Both the position numbers and the translations under genes were made by a program. This document shows, piece by piece, positions 18,331 through 27,477 of a stretch of DNA of 64,000 nt (its first letter is position 1; each line of letters begins with the position of its first letter). This stretch comes from a bacterium (GTDB lineage: Bacteria; Pseudomonadota; Alphaproteobacteria; Caulobacterales; Hyphomonadaceae): assembly GCA_016125045.1 (NCBI GenBank), contig WGML01000009.1:117206-181205 (forward strand). Reading direction: 5' to 3'. The notes beneath the pieces were generated by a model. The model saw nothing but the letters and a program-made list of their open reading frames with translations, was not told the DNA's origin and ran no database searches.

Positions 18331-18795
18331 ATGACTTCTCGCGATTTGGGGCGTCCTTTTCTCGATCAGCTTGGCGCACCCGCTCTCACCTACCCGTTCG
18401 GCGGACAGCTCGACCGCCTGTTCGCCGATTTTCTCGGTCATCGGGCGACCAGCCCGGAGGGCTTCCGTCCGGCGTTCGACGTCTCGGAGACCGACGCCGC
18501 CGTTCTGATCCGCGCGGATCTGCCGGGCGTCTCGCAAGAGGATGTCGAACTCACCGTCGAGGACGATGTGATCACAGTCCGGGGCGAACGTAAGTCCGAA
18601 AGCCGGGAGGAGAAGGAGAACTCCCTGCTGGTCGAGCGGTCGTGGGGCGGGTTTCAGCGCGCACTCCGTCTGCCCTTCCGGCCCGGTGAAAAGGCTGTGA
18701 AGGAGGTCTTCAAGGACGGCGTGCTCAACATCACGGTCGACAAGCCCAAAGAGAAGACGCCGCGCAGCAACCAGATACCGATCCAGAAGATGTAG
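18331..18795 (+). CDS. Hsp20 / alpha-crystallin small heat-shock protein
   Basis: P.FDV.ET, ADLPG, ER..G.F.R...LP, F.DGVL.I and C-terminal IPI motifs; GGAG RBS. Confidence 0.93.
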   Translation: MTSRDLGRPFLDQLGAPALTYPFGGQLDRLFADFLGHRATSPEGFRPAFDVSETDAAVLIRADLPGVSQEDVELTVEDDVITVRGERKSESREEKENSLLVERSWGGFQRALRLPFRPGEKAVKEVFKDGVLNITVDKPKEKTPRSNQIPIQKM

Positions 18796-18880
18796 CGCCG
18801 GGAGCGCCGCGGCGTCGATCGATCGGGAGGGCGTCGCCGCCCTCTCGATCCGGCGACGGGCTTCTGGTAGATATTCGGGC

Positions 18881-19417
18881 ATGTCAACACCGCGCCGATC
18901 TCCTTCGGTCTACCTGATCGTGGCCCTCGCCTGCACGATCGCGACCGCCTGTTCGCAGGGCGAACAAGGCGTCGTCGCCGGTCCTGAGGGCAATCCGGTG
19001 ATCTCGCTCTCGGAGGGTGCGTGCATGGGCACCTGTCCGGTTTATGACATGACGCTGCGGCCCGACGGCGCTTTCATTCTCCATGGCCAGCGGTTCGTGC
19101 GGTCGACCGGCGTGAGCGAAGGCGCGCTCGGCCCGGACGCCTGGAGCGAGGCGGAAGCGGTTCTCGTCCGCGCGGACTTCTGGAAGATGCGCAAGACACA
19201 GACCCCGGAGACGCTTCCCAACTGCGTCACCGATGCGCCAACCGCGCTGATCACCTGGCGCACGCCCGAGGGCAAGGAAAAGACCGTCACCTATGACGCC
19301 GGGTGCGACATGCCGAAAACGCGCCAGATGGTCGCCGATCTGCGCAGGGCGCTCGGGTTCGACACCCTCGTGTGGACCGACGAGCGGTTCGTGCCGCCGG
19401 CGCCCGACTCCCGCTAG
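18881..19417 (+). CDS. DUF6438-like lipoprotein
   Basis: Lipobox ATAC; ISLSEGACMGTCPVY and TDAP motifs. Confidence 0.7.
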   Translation: MSTPRRSPSVYLIVALACTIATACSQGEQGVVAGPEGNPVISLSEGACMGTCPVYDMTLRPDGAFILHGQRFVRSTGVSEGALGPDAWSEAEAVLVRADFWKMRKTQTPETLPNCVTDAPTALITWRTPEGKEKTVTYDAGCDMPKTRQMVADLRRALGFDTLVWTDERFVPPAPDSR

Positions 19418-19430
19418 GGCGACGCTTCGG

Positions 19431-19898
19431 CTAGCGGTTCTCGTCGAGATATTTGCGCACCCGCTCCAGCACCGGCGTCACCATCTTCACCTCCTCGAGC
19501 GAGATCACCCCGAAGAGACCGGCAAGACCGGGGCCGGTGGCGGCGATGCCGTCATCCTGCGCGCGCCGGCCAGCCGCCGTGATCGAGACCACCTTGCCGC
19601 GGCCATCCAGCGGGTCCGGCTCGATGGTGACAAAGCCCGCGGCTTCAAGCTTCTGCAGCGTGTTGGTCATCGCCCCCTTCGTCACCTGAAAGGCGGCCGC
19701 GAGCGCGCTCGGCGAGTTGGGGTTCTTCACTCGAACAAGATTTCCGAGCACCGAGAACTGCGAGACCGTCAGCCCATGCGGAAGCAGCCGCTCAAGGCGA
19801 TTGGACGAGAGCTGGCTGATGATGCCGATCTCCTTCAACAGGTTGAAGTAGAGCCGGGCCGCATCCATTCGGACATCGGGGGGAAAGTCAGGCTTCAT
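19431..19898 (-). CDS. MarR-family transcriptional regulator
   Basis: wHTH (PSALA...VTKGAMT..L.KLE..G.V...PDP.DGR...V.IT..G). Confidence 0.9.
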   Translation of the reverse strand: MKPDFPPDVRMDAARLYFNLLKEIGIISQLSSNRLERLLPHGLTVSQFSVLGNLVRVKNPNSPSALAAAFQVTKGAMTNTLQKLEAAGFVTIEPDPLDGRGKVVSITAAGRRAQDDGIAATGPGLAGLFGVISLEEVKMVTPVLERVRKYLDENR

Positions 19899-19908
19899 CT
19901 CGGTCCGA

Positions 19909-21051
19909 TCAGGTGATGAGAAGGGATGCAGGGTCGCGGCGCGGGGCGTGCGCCGCCTTGGGAGCAAACCCCACCCGCACCAGCATCTGCACCGTCCCGC
20001 CCTCGCCCAGCAAGTTGTGCGCCTCATCATAGTGGGCCGCCATTTCAGGATATTCCTGCAAGGTCTGGCTCCAGGGATGAACGGCGAGCCCCAGTTCGGC
20101 GATCTTCAGCGTCATTCGCGCATAGGCCCGCCCGGCGGCGATCTGATCGGCGCGCGTGTTGCCGGCGGTCGTCATCCAGGCGAACGCCTGCGCAGAATAG
20201 GCGCGCGCGCGAAACATCTCCATACCCTGCTGAAACGCGCTCGTTGATGGATCAAGCATCGCCTCGGGGGTGACGATCCCGAGGGCCACCATCCCCTCGA
20301 TGAACGGCCCTTCGAGAAACAGGCCGTCGCGGTGCGCGTCGATCTGCCGGCGGCCGATCCGCATGAGATCGACGCTCTCCTTCATGGTCTCATAGGTCAG
20401 GCTCTCGACTTCGTGCCCGGCCCAGGTGAGGTCGCGCAGACGCGCCACCATCGCCGGCTCCGACGATGTGCGCGCGGCGACCGGCCCGACGGTTCCAGCC
20501 TCTGCAATCGCCGCGAGGTCCGCGGCGGCGGGCGTCTTCGCGGTGTAGACCTCGCGATTGGTCAGCCGCTTCAGGACGTGGTCGAAGGCCGGATCGCGCA
20601 CGGCGCCGCCCGAGACGAACCGCACCTGCGCAACGGGCCTTGAGTCGAGCCGAGGCTGCGGCTCACCGTCCGGAAACAGCGAGATGTCGGCTCGATATCC
20701 CTCCGCCGCGGCCGCGATCGACAGGAGTTCGAGAAAGGCTCCGCATCCGATTGTGATCTGCCGGTCGAACGGATCGGTCGCCGGCAAGAGCCGATCCAGG
20801 TCGCAATAGAGGCTGAGCGCATCGTCCCCGTCGAGACGGACCAGCCAGGGCTGGCGATTGTGGGGATTGGGGGCGAGGATCGCGTAGGACAGGAAGCGCT
20901 CGCGCAGTCCCTCGGCCTCGCCCGCCTCCCGCCACGGCGCCCGCGCGAGGGTTGATGGTCGCGTCGAGAGGTAGAAACCACTTGCGCCAGCCGTCGCGGC
21001 CAGCACCACGCCGCCGCCGATCAGGCGAAGAACATTGCGTCTTGAGGTCAT
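19909..21051 (-). CDS. Acg-type nitroreductase-family flavoprotein with twin-arginine leader
   Basis: MTSRRNVL leader; APNPHNRQPW, DPFDRQ..IGCG and R.TNR motifs; ATGA-coupled to the upstream gene. Confidence 0.85.
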   Translation of the reverse strand: MTSRRNVLRLIGGGVVLAATAGASGFYLSTRPSTLARAPWREAGEAEGLRERFLSYAILAPNPHNRQPWLVRLDGDDALSLYCDLDRLLPATDPFDRQITIGCGAFLELLSIAAAAEGYRADISLFPDGEPQPRLDSRPVAQVRFVSGGAVRDPAFDHVLKRLTNREVYTAKTPAAADLAAIAEAGTVGPVAARTSSEPAMVARLRDLTWAGHEVESLTYETMKESVDLMRIGRRQIDAHRDGLFLEGPFIEGMVALGIVTPEAMLDPSTSAFQQGMEMFRARAYSAQAFAWMTTAGNTRADQIAAGRAYARMTLKIAELGLAVHPWSQTLQEYPEMAAHYDEAHNLLGEGGTVQMLVRVGFAPKAAHAPRRDPASLLIT

Positions 21052-21794
21052 TGGGCTGCTCCGTCGTTTGCAAATTGGCGTCCGCCGGCGGTTTGGGTCA
21101 ACGGCCGCACCGCCCGGACCAGAAGGACCACACCCACCGCCGCGACCCACAGGAACATCGCGGTAGTTGCGATCGTGGTGTCGACCGGCGAGGTGACGCC
21201 CACCAGCCGCAGCGGCGGCATCATCGCCGACACCGCCGCCGGAAAGGCGATCCAGCCAAGCCAGGCGGGCAGCCCGCGATCTTTCAGGATCAGCACACCG
21301 ACGAGCAGCAGCCACATGCCGGCGAAAATGCCGACGCCGACATCCTCGCCGACCGATCCGCCATGCGCGTTGAGCGCAAGTTGCGTGGCCTCGATCGCAT
21401 AGCGCTCCATCGAACCCGGAGGCGCTGCGACCCACGCATCCGCCAGTTCCGACGACCCGGTGAGCCAGCGCACGATCCCGATGGCGCGGCCGAGCGCGGA
21501 GGCGGCCGCAAGGGCGATCGCGGAGGCGGCGAGCGCGCCAACCGGTCGCCCGCCCCTGGCGAGCCCGACGATCAGCGCGCCGGACAGGGCGAACGCGAGC
21601 GACCAGAGAAGATAGAGCCCATAACCCAGCCGGACGGCGGATTCCTGCTCCGCGATCAGCGGCAGGGCCTCAGCGGGGGCGAGGTCGAGGCTCGCCGGCC
21701 AATCGATCGCCGCGCCGAGGATCGCCATGGGAACGAAGATGAAGAACGCCTGAAACATCAGGAACACGAAGCCCGCGAGGTAAGCGGTGCGCAT
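21048..21794 (-). CDS. Integral membrane protein, DUF4386-like
   Basis: About 6 TM helices, WP..L, GIVRW and GE..G motifs; AAGGAGG RBS. Confidence 0.7.
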   Translation of the reverse strand: MRTAYLAGFVFLMFQAFFIFVPMAILGAAIDWPASLDLAPAEALPLIAEQESAVRLGYGLYLLWSLAFALSGALIVGLARGGRPVGALAASAIALAAASALGRAIGIVRWLTGSSELADAWVAAPPGSMERYAIEATQLALNAHGGSVGEDVGVGIFAGMWLLLVGVLILKDRGLPAWLGWIAFPAAVSAMMPPLRLVGVTSPVDTTIATTAMFLWVAAVGVVLLVRAVRPLTQTAGGRQFANDGAAQ

Positions 21795-21925
21795 GACTGG
21801 CCTCCTTGAGGCGTCGGTCGAAACGATCAACCGACGCGCGTTGGCTGTGACGTGAGGTGTCTGTCTGGTTCACGGTTGTCGCGGTGTCGGCGGAACCGGA
21901 CCGCGACCGGACCGCGAGACGAGCT

Positions 21926-22054
21926 TCAGGCCGTCGTCACGACTTCGGCGGAGCGGGCGGCCAGATTTGCGTCGTGCGCCGAACTCATGGGCGCGAGCAG
22001 CAGGACGGCGGGGAAGGCCATCAGGGCGAAAGCGAGTGCGAGCATCGAGCGCAT
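21926..22054 (-). CDS. Small 42-aa hydrophobic peptide (absent from the ORF track)
   Basis: AAGGAG RBS, then MRSMLALAFALMAFPAVLLLAPMSSAHDANLAARSAEVVTTA-stop. Confidence 0.55.
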   Translation of the reverse strand: MRSMLALAFALMAFPAVLLLAPMSSAHDANLAARSAEVVTTA

Positions 22055-22133
22055 GGGCGGTCTCCTTGGCTGGTCCGGCGCGGGGGGCCGGGCGGGGGTT
22101 GATTGAGCGAACTCGTTTCGTTCAACACCGAAC

Positions 22134-22162
22134 TATTTAGTTTATATTTAAACCATATGCAA
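22134..22162 (-). promoter_or_regulatory. AT-rich promoter with palindromic operator (candidate MarR site)
   Basis: GTTTA-tatt-TAAAC at 22140-22153, lying within a minus-strand TTGCAT-N17-TAAATA promoter-like sequence. Confidence 0.5.
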
Positions 22163-22294
22163 GCGGTATTTGTTCAACATCAAACTTTTTTCAGCGATGG
22201 ATGTCAGGCGCCTGGCGCCCGCTCAGCCGCGCGGCGGCGGGCGCGACCGCTTGGCCTCTGGCGCATTCCGGCGGACGGGTCTAAGGCGATGCGC

Positions 22295-22498
22295 ATGCAG
22301 CAGACCCTCACCTATGCACTCTATGGGGCCATCGCGGCCGTGACGATCGTCCTCGCGCTCGGCATCCTCAACCTGTTCAGGACCGACGCAAAAGCGCGGA
22401 CGCGATCGAACCAGCTCATGCGCCTTCGCGTGGCGGTGCAGTTCGTCGCGATCCTCATCCTTGTCGCGCTGGGATGGGCGGCGGGCGTCCTGCGCTAG
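22295..22498 (+). CDS. Twin transmembrane helix small protein (HIG1-like)
   Basis: Two TM helices and SNQLMRLRV..Q motif; usual neighbour of cobalamin adenosyltransferase and etf in Alphaproteobacteria. Confidence 0.85.
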   Translation: MQQTLTYALYGAIAAVTIVLALGILNLFRTDAKARTRSNQLMRLRVAVQFVAILILVALGWAAGVLR

Positions 22499-22546
22499 CG
22501 CCGCCAAGGCTTGCGCCGGCCTCGCAGATTTCCGACAACACGCGCC

Positions 22547-23125
22547 ATGGTCACGCTCAACAAGATCTACACGCGCACCGGCGACGACGGCACGACTGGC
22601 CTCGCCACGGGTGAGCGCGTCCCGAAATGGAGCCTGCGCGTCGAGGCGAACGGCGCCGTCGACGAGACGAACGCGGTGATCGGGGTCTGCCGGCTTCATT
22701 GCCGCGCGGATCCGGACCTCGACGCCATGCTTGGGCGTATCCAGAATGACCTGTTCGACCTCGGGGCCGACATCGCAACGCCCGAGCGCGACAAGCCGCT
22801 CGGCTGGACGCCGCTGCGCATCGTCGAGGCGCAGGTGACGCGGCTCGAGGCAGAGATCGACGCCGTCAACGCCGCGATCCCGCCCCTCGACAGTTTCGTG
22901 CTGCCCGCCGGGTCCGCCCTCGCCGCCCACCTCCATGTGGCGCGCACGGTCGCCCGACGCGCCGAGCGGGCGGTGGTGCGGCTTGCAGGCGATCCCGCCG
23001 AACGCGTGTCCGCCCCGGCCGTCGCCTATATCAACCGACTGTCCGATTTTCTGTTCGTCGCGGCGCGACGCGCCAACGAGAACGGCGCATCGGACGTGAA
23101 ATGGGTTCCAGGAGCGAATCGTTAG
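22547..23125 (+). CDS. Cob(I)alamin adenosyltransferase, PduO/MMAB type
   Basis: KIYTRTGDDGTT, G.VDE.N, QNDLFDLG, ARTVARRAER and NRLSD.LF motifs. Confidence 0.95.
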   Translation: MVTLNKIYTRTGDDGTTGLATGERVPKWSLRVEANGAVDETNAVIGVCRLHCRADPDLDAMLGRIQNDLFDLGADIATPERDKPLGWTPLRIVEAQVTRLEAEIDAVNAAIPPLDSFVLPAGSALAAHLHVARTVARRAERAVVRLAGDPAERVSAPAVAYINRLSDFLFVAARRANENGASDVKWVPGANR

Positions 23126-23177
23126 GCTCCCGCAACGGGCGACGATGCGCATGACGCTGCGGGCGGTGCGCACCCGC

Positions 23178-23765
23178 TTACCAGACCATCGGAATGAAGC
23201 ATTTCACGCGGCGTGAATAATCTTCGTAGGCCTGTCCGAACGTCTCCCGCAGCAGCCTCTCCTCGATGCGGACGCGCCATAACGTGCCGATCACATAGAC
23301 CGGGACGGCCGCGATGAGGTTGATCGCATGGCCCAGCGCCATGCTCAGCGCGCACACCATGCCGAAAAGGGCCACATAGATCGGGTTGCGCACGATCGCG
23401 AAGGGACCATCCTGAACCAGCGTATGACCCGCGCGCGTGCGCGCCGCGAGGCTCCAGTTCGCGCCCATCGTCGCCGTCGACCACGCGAAGAGCCCGACCG
23501 AAAGCGCCGCGAGCGTTGCCGGAACGCCTGCACTGATCCAGTCCGCCCGGCTGACCGGGCCGCCGAAATGCACCCCGCCCATCCAGGCGAGCCCCATGGC
23601 GAGGCCCTGCAGCGCCATGCCGAAGGTCGAGCCAACATCGCGCCGCGCCGTGGTTGTCGAGCCGTCGGCGGACATCCGCATACGCAACACCATCGCCGCG
23701 AACCCCATCCCGCACAGCAGGACGGCCGACAAGGCGACCATATTGCCCGGTGTGTGAAACGGCAT
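23178..23765 (-). CDS. Isoprenylcysteine carboxyl methyltransferase-family membrane protein
   Basis: LV..GPF..VRNPIY, EE..L...FG..Y..Y..RV motifs. Confidence 0.85.
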   Translation of the reverse strand: MPFHTPGNMVALSAVLLCGMGFAAMVLRMRMSADGSTTTARRDVGSTFGMALQGLAMGLAWMGGVHFGGPVSRADWISAGVPATLAALSVGLFAWSTATMGANWSLAARTRAGHTLVQDGPFAIVRNPIYVALFGMVCALSMALGHAINLIAAVPVYVIGTLWRVRIEERLLRETFGQAYEDYSRRVKCFIPMVW

Positions 23766-24014
23766 GTGCACTCCCTGTCAACCGCACGCAGGCGTGGAAG
23801 CGCCCAACCAGACGGCGAACCCCAATGGTCACAATCGCCCGGCGGGACGCAAGATCGCGACACGTCGCCCATCTGGCGCCACGAAACTTGATTTGCGGGG
23901 CGCACCCCCATAACAGAAGTCCAGTCCATGAGTCCGAAGACACGGGCGCGCGACCCCCCGCGCGGCTGCATCGACGGGCGACAAGCTGGTTGCGAACCGA
24001 TTGGAGACGCCGTC

Positions 24015-24761
24015 ATGAAGGTGCTCGTGCCCGTGAAGCGGGTGATCGACTACAACGTCCGCCCGCGCGTGAAGCCGGATGGCACGGGCGTCGACCTCGC
24101 CAACGTGAAGATGGCGATGAACCCGTTCTGCGAAATCTCGATCGAGGAGGCGGTCCGGCTGAAGGAAAAGGGCGTCGCGACGGAGATTGTCGTCGTGTCG
24201 ATCGGGCCGCAGCAGGCGCAGGAGACGATACGCGTCGGTCTCGCCATGGGCGGTGATCGGGGCATCCTCGTCCAGACCGACCAGACGGTCGAGCCGCTGG
24301 CGGTCGCCAAAATCCTCAAGGCCATCGTCGACGCCGAACAGCCGGGCCTCGTGATCACCGGCAAGCAGGCGATCGATGACGACGCCAACCAGACCGGACA
24401 GATGCTCGCGGCGCTGCTTGGCTGGCCCCAGGGCACGTTCGCGTCAGAGATCGTCAAGGACGGCGACAAGCTGAAGGTCACGCGGGAAGTCGACGGCGGA
24501 CTGCAGACCGTGGCGCTCAACCTACCGGCCGTGGTCACCACCGACCTCCGCCTCAACGAGCCGCGCTTCGCCTCGCTGCCCAACATCATGAAGGCGAAGC
24601 AGAAGAAGATCGACATGAAGACGCCGGCCGACTACGGCGTCGACATCGCGCCCCGCCTCGCGGTCGTGAAGGTCGCAGAGCCCAGGAAGCGCGAAGCCGG
24701 CGAAAAGGTCGCCGACGTCGACACGCTGATCTCGAAACTCAAGACCGCCGGAGCGATCTGA
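24015..24761 (+). CDS. etfB: Electron transfer flavoprotein beta subunit
   Basis: [29 protein letters not shown] and DLRLNEPR motifs. Confidence 0.97.
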   Translation: MKVLVPVKRVIDYNVRPRVKPDGTGVDLANVKMAMNPFCEISIEEAVRLKEKGVATEIVVVSIGPQQAQETIRVGLAMGGDRGILVQTDQTVEPLAVAKILKAIVDAEQPGLVITGKQAIDDDANQTGQMLAALLGWPQGTFASEIVKDGDKLKVTREVDGGLQTVALNLPAVVTTDLRLNEPRFASLPNIMKAKQKKIDMKTPADYGVDIAPRLAVVKVAEPRKREAGEKVADVDTLISKLKTAGAI

Positions 24762-24762
24762 C

Positions 24763-25692
24763 ATGGCCGTTCTCGTAATCGCCGAACACTCCAACGCCGC
24801 ACTCAACGACGCCACCGCGAAAACCGTTTCCGCCGCCAAGGCTTTCGGCGGCGACATCGATGTGCTGGTGGCCGGTCACAACGCCGGAGCCGCGGCCGCT
24901 GCGGCGGCGAAGATCGCCGGCGTCCGCAAGGTGCTGCACGCGGACGGACCGGCCTTCGAAAAGCAGATCGCCGAAGCCATGGAAGCGCTCATCGTTCCGC
25001 TCATGGCGGGCTATGACGCGCTCTTCGCCCCGGCTTCCACCTCCGGCAAGAATTACGCGCCGCGCATCGCCGCCCGGCTCGACATCATGCAGCTGTCGGA
25101 CATTTCCGCCGTCATCGACAAGGACACGTTCGAACGCCCGATCTACGCCGGCAACGCCATCATGACAGTGAAGTCCGCCGACGCGAAGAAAGTCATCACC
25201 GTGCGCGGGACCGCCTATCCGGCTGCGGCGGACGGCGGCTCGGCTGCCGTCGAGACGATCGCCGCGCCCGCCGGGCCGTTCGCCGCCGCCTTCGTTTCGG
25301 AAGAGCTGTCGAAATCAGACCGGCCGGAGCTCCAGTCGGCCAAGCGCGTGGTGTCCGGCGGTCGGGCGCTCGCCTCGGCCGAGCAGTTCCAGCAATACAT
25401 CCTGCCGCTCGCCGACAAGCTGAAAGCGGGCGTCGGCGCCTCCCGCGCCGCGGTCGACGCGGGCTATGCCCCGAACGACTACCAGGTCGGCCAGACCGGC
25501 AAGGTTGTGGCGCCGGAACTCTATGTCGCGATCGGCATTTCCGGCGCGATCCAGCACCTCGCCGGGATGAAGGACTCCAAGATCATCGTCGCCATCAACA
25601 AGGACGAGGAGGCCCCCATCTTCCAGGTGGCGGACTACGGCCTCGTCGGCGACCTGTTCAAGATCGTCCCGGAACTGACCGAGAAGCTGTAG
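24763..25692 (+). CDS. etfA: Electron transfer flavoprotein alpha subunit
   Basis: [28 protein letters not shown] and [12 protein letters not shown] motifs. Confidence 0.97.
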   Translation: MAVLVIAEHSNAALNDATAKTVSAAKAFGGDIDVLVAGHNAGAAAAAAAKIAGVRKVLHADGPAFEKQIAEAMEALIVPLMAGYDALFAPASTSGKNYAPRIAARLDIMQLSDISAVIDKDTFERPIYAGNAIMTVKSADAKKVITVRGTAYPAAADGGSAAVETIAAPAGPFAAAFVSEELSKSDRPELQSAKRVVSGGRALASAEQFQQYILPLADKLKAGVGASRAAVDAGYAPNDYQVGQTGKVVAPELYVAIGISGAIQHLAGMKDSKIIVAINKDEEAPIFQVADYGLVGDLFKIVPELTEKL

Positions 25693-25796
25693 GGGCCGGC
25701 CTGCCGCCGCAACATCACGCCGCACGGCCGCTGCTTGGCGGACGCGCGTTCGCATGATCTGGTGACGCCTCGTTCGGGATCGCGAGGGACAGGATC

Positions 25797-27308
25797 ATGC
25801 GTCTAGCCGAATTGCTCACCGCGGGCGTCGTCGCCTCGCTTCTCTCCGCCTGCGCCGCGGCGCCGCCGGAAACACCCTCGGTTCCCCATCCGACCGGCCG
25901 CCAGACCGGCTTCCAGCCGCCGACCGCGCCGCCCTCCGGCGCGACGCCAGTCGCCGCGGCCCCGCGCGAGGGCCCGCAGGACCTCGCCGCCTTTCGCGCG
26001 ATCTACAAGGAACTCATCGAGATCAACACCACGCTCTCGACCGGCGACTGCACCGAAGCGTCGCGCGCCATGGCGGCGCATCTCATCGCCGCGGGCTACC
26101 CTGAAGCCGATAGCCACGTCATGGTGCCGCCCGCCCGTCCGCGCGGCGGCAATCTCGTCTTCGACATTCCGGGCAAGGACCGCTCCCTCAAGCCGATCAT
26201 GCTCCTCGCCCATCTCGACGTCGTCGAGGCCCGGCGCGAGGACTGGGTGCGCGATCCCTTCGTGCTCACCGAGGAGGACGGCTATTTCTACGCCCGCGGC
26301 GCGATCGACGACAAGTCGATGGCGGCCATCTGGGTCGACATGCTGCTGCGTTTCAAGGAGGAGGGCTACACGCCGAACCAGGGGCTGAAACTGGTCCTCA
26401 CCTGCGGCGAGGAAAGCCCCAACGTCTATAACGGCGTGAAATACCTCATCGAGAACCACCGCCAGCTCGTCGACGCCGCCTATGCGCTGAACGAGGGCGG
26501 CGGCGGGCGGATCGACGCTGTGACCGGCAAGAAGGTCTATCATGGCGTCCAGGCCGGGGAGAAACTCTATCAGGATTTCCGCATCGAGGTGACGAACCCC
26601 GGCGGCCACTCCTCCCGCCCGGTGCCGGACAATGCCATCTACCGGCTCGCCGCGGGCCTCACCCGGATCTCGCGCCACACCTTCCCGACCGAGTTCAACG
26701 ACGCGACGCGCGGCTTCTTCGCGCGCATGGCGGACCTTGAGGGCGGCGACATCGGCGCCGACATGCGCGCGATCCTGCGTAACCCGCCCCACCCCGAGGC
26801 GCTCGCCCGCATCCGCCAGAACCCGAGCTACAACGCGATCCTCGGCACCACCTGCGTCGCGACCCAGCTTGAGGCGGGTCACGCCCCGAACGCCCTGCCC
26901 CAGCGGGCGGTCGCGAACGTCAACTGCCGCATCTTCCCCGGCCACCCGCCGGAGGACATCCGCGCGGAACTCGAGCGGATCGTCGCCGATCCCGAAGTGA
27001 AGGTGACGCTCGCCGATCCCCCCGAGACGCCCGGCGCGCCGCCCGCCCTCACGGGCGAACTGCTGGGTGTGATCGACCGCCTCACCGAGGAGATGTGGCC
27101 CGGCGTCCCCGTCATTCCGGCGATGGCGGCCGGGGCCACGGACGGGCGCTTCTTCACCCCGATCGGCATCCCGACCTATGGCGTCTCGGGCATTTTCACC
27201 GATCCCACCACCTCCAATGCGCACGGCCTCAATGAGCGGGTTGGCGTGAAGGAGCTCTATGAGGGACGGGAATTTCTCTACCGCCTGACGAAGGCGCTCG
27301 CGCGATAG
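25797..27308 (+). CDS. M20/M25/M40-family metallohydrolase, lipoprotein
   Basis: Lipobox LSAC; AHLDVV, RGA.DDK, GEE, NEGG, GGHSS, ATDG and HG.NE metal-binding motifs. Confidence 0.92.
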   Translation: MRLAELLTAGVVASLLSACAAAPPETPSVPHPTGRQTGFQPPTAPPSGATPVAAAPREGPQDLAAFRAIYKELIEINTTLSTGDCTEASRAMAAHLIAAGYPEADSHVMVPPARPRGGNLVFDIPGKDRSLKPIMLLAHLDVVEARREDWVRDPFVLTEEDGYFYARGAIDDKSMAAIWVDMLLRFKEEGYTPNQGLKLVLTCGEESPNVYNGVKYLIENHRQLVDAAYALNEGGGGRIDAVTGKKVYHGVQAGEKLYQDFRIEVTNPGGHSSRPVPDNAIYRLAAGLTRISRHTFPTEFNDATRGFFARMADLEGGDIGADMRAILRNPPHPEALARIRQNPSYNAILGTTCVATQLEAGHAPNALPQRAVANVNCRIFPGHPPEDIRAELERIVADPEVKVTLADPPETPGAPPALTGELLGVIDRLTEEMWPGVPVIPAMAAGATDGRFFTPIGIPTYGVSGIFTDPTTSNAHGLNERVGVKELYEGREFLYRLTKALAR

Positions 27309-27477
27309 GCGACATGGATGCGCACGTCGAGAAAGCGGGCCGGATGACCGCTCCCGCGCCGGGCGAGGGCGTCTTCCCTCGACGGACAAAGCCGCCTAGC
27401 ATCGTTGAAGACGACAGCTCCGGCGGCGGTATGGCCCGTCCGACAACAGGGGCGTCGATTCCAGGGAGAAAACGCGC

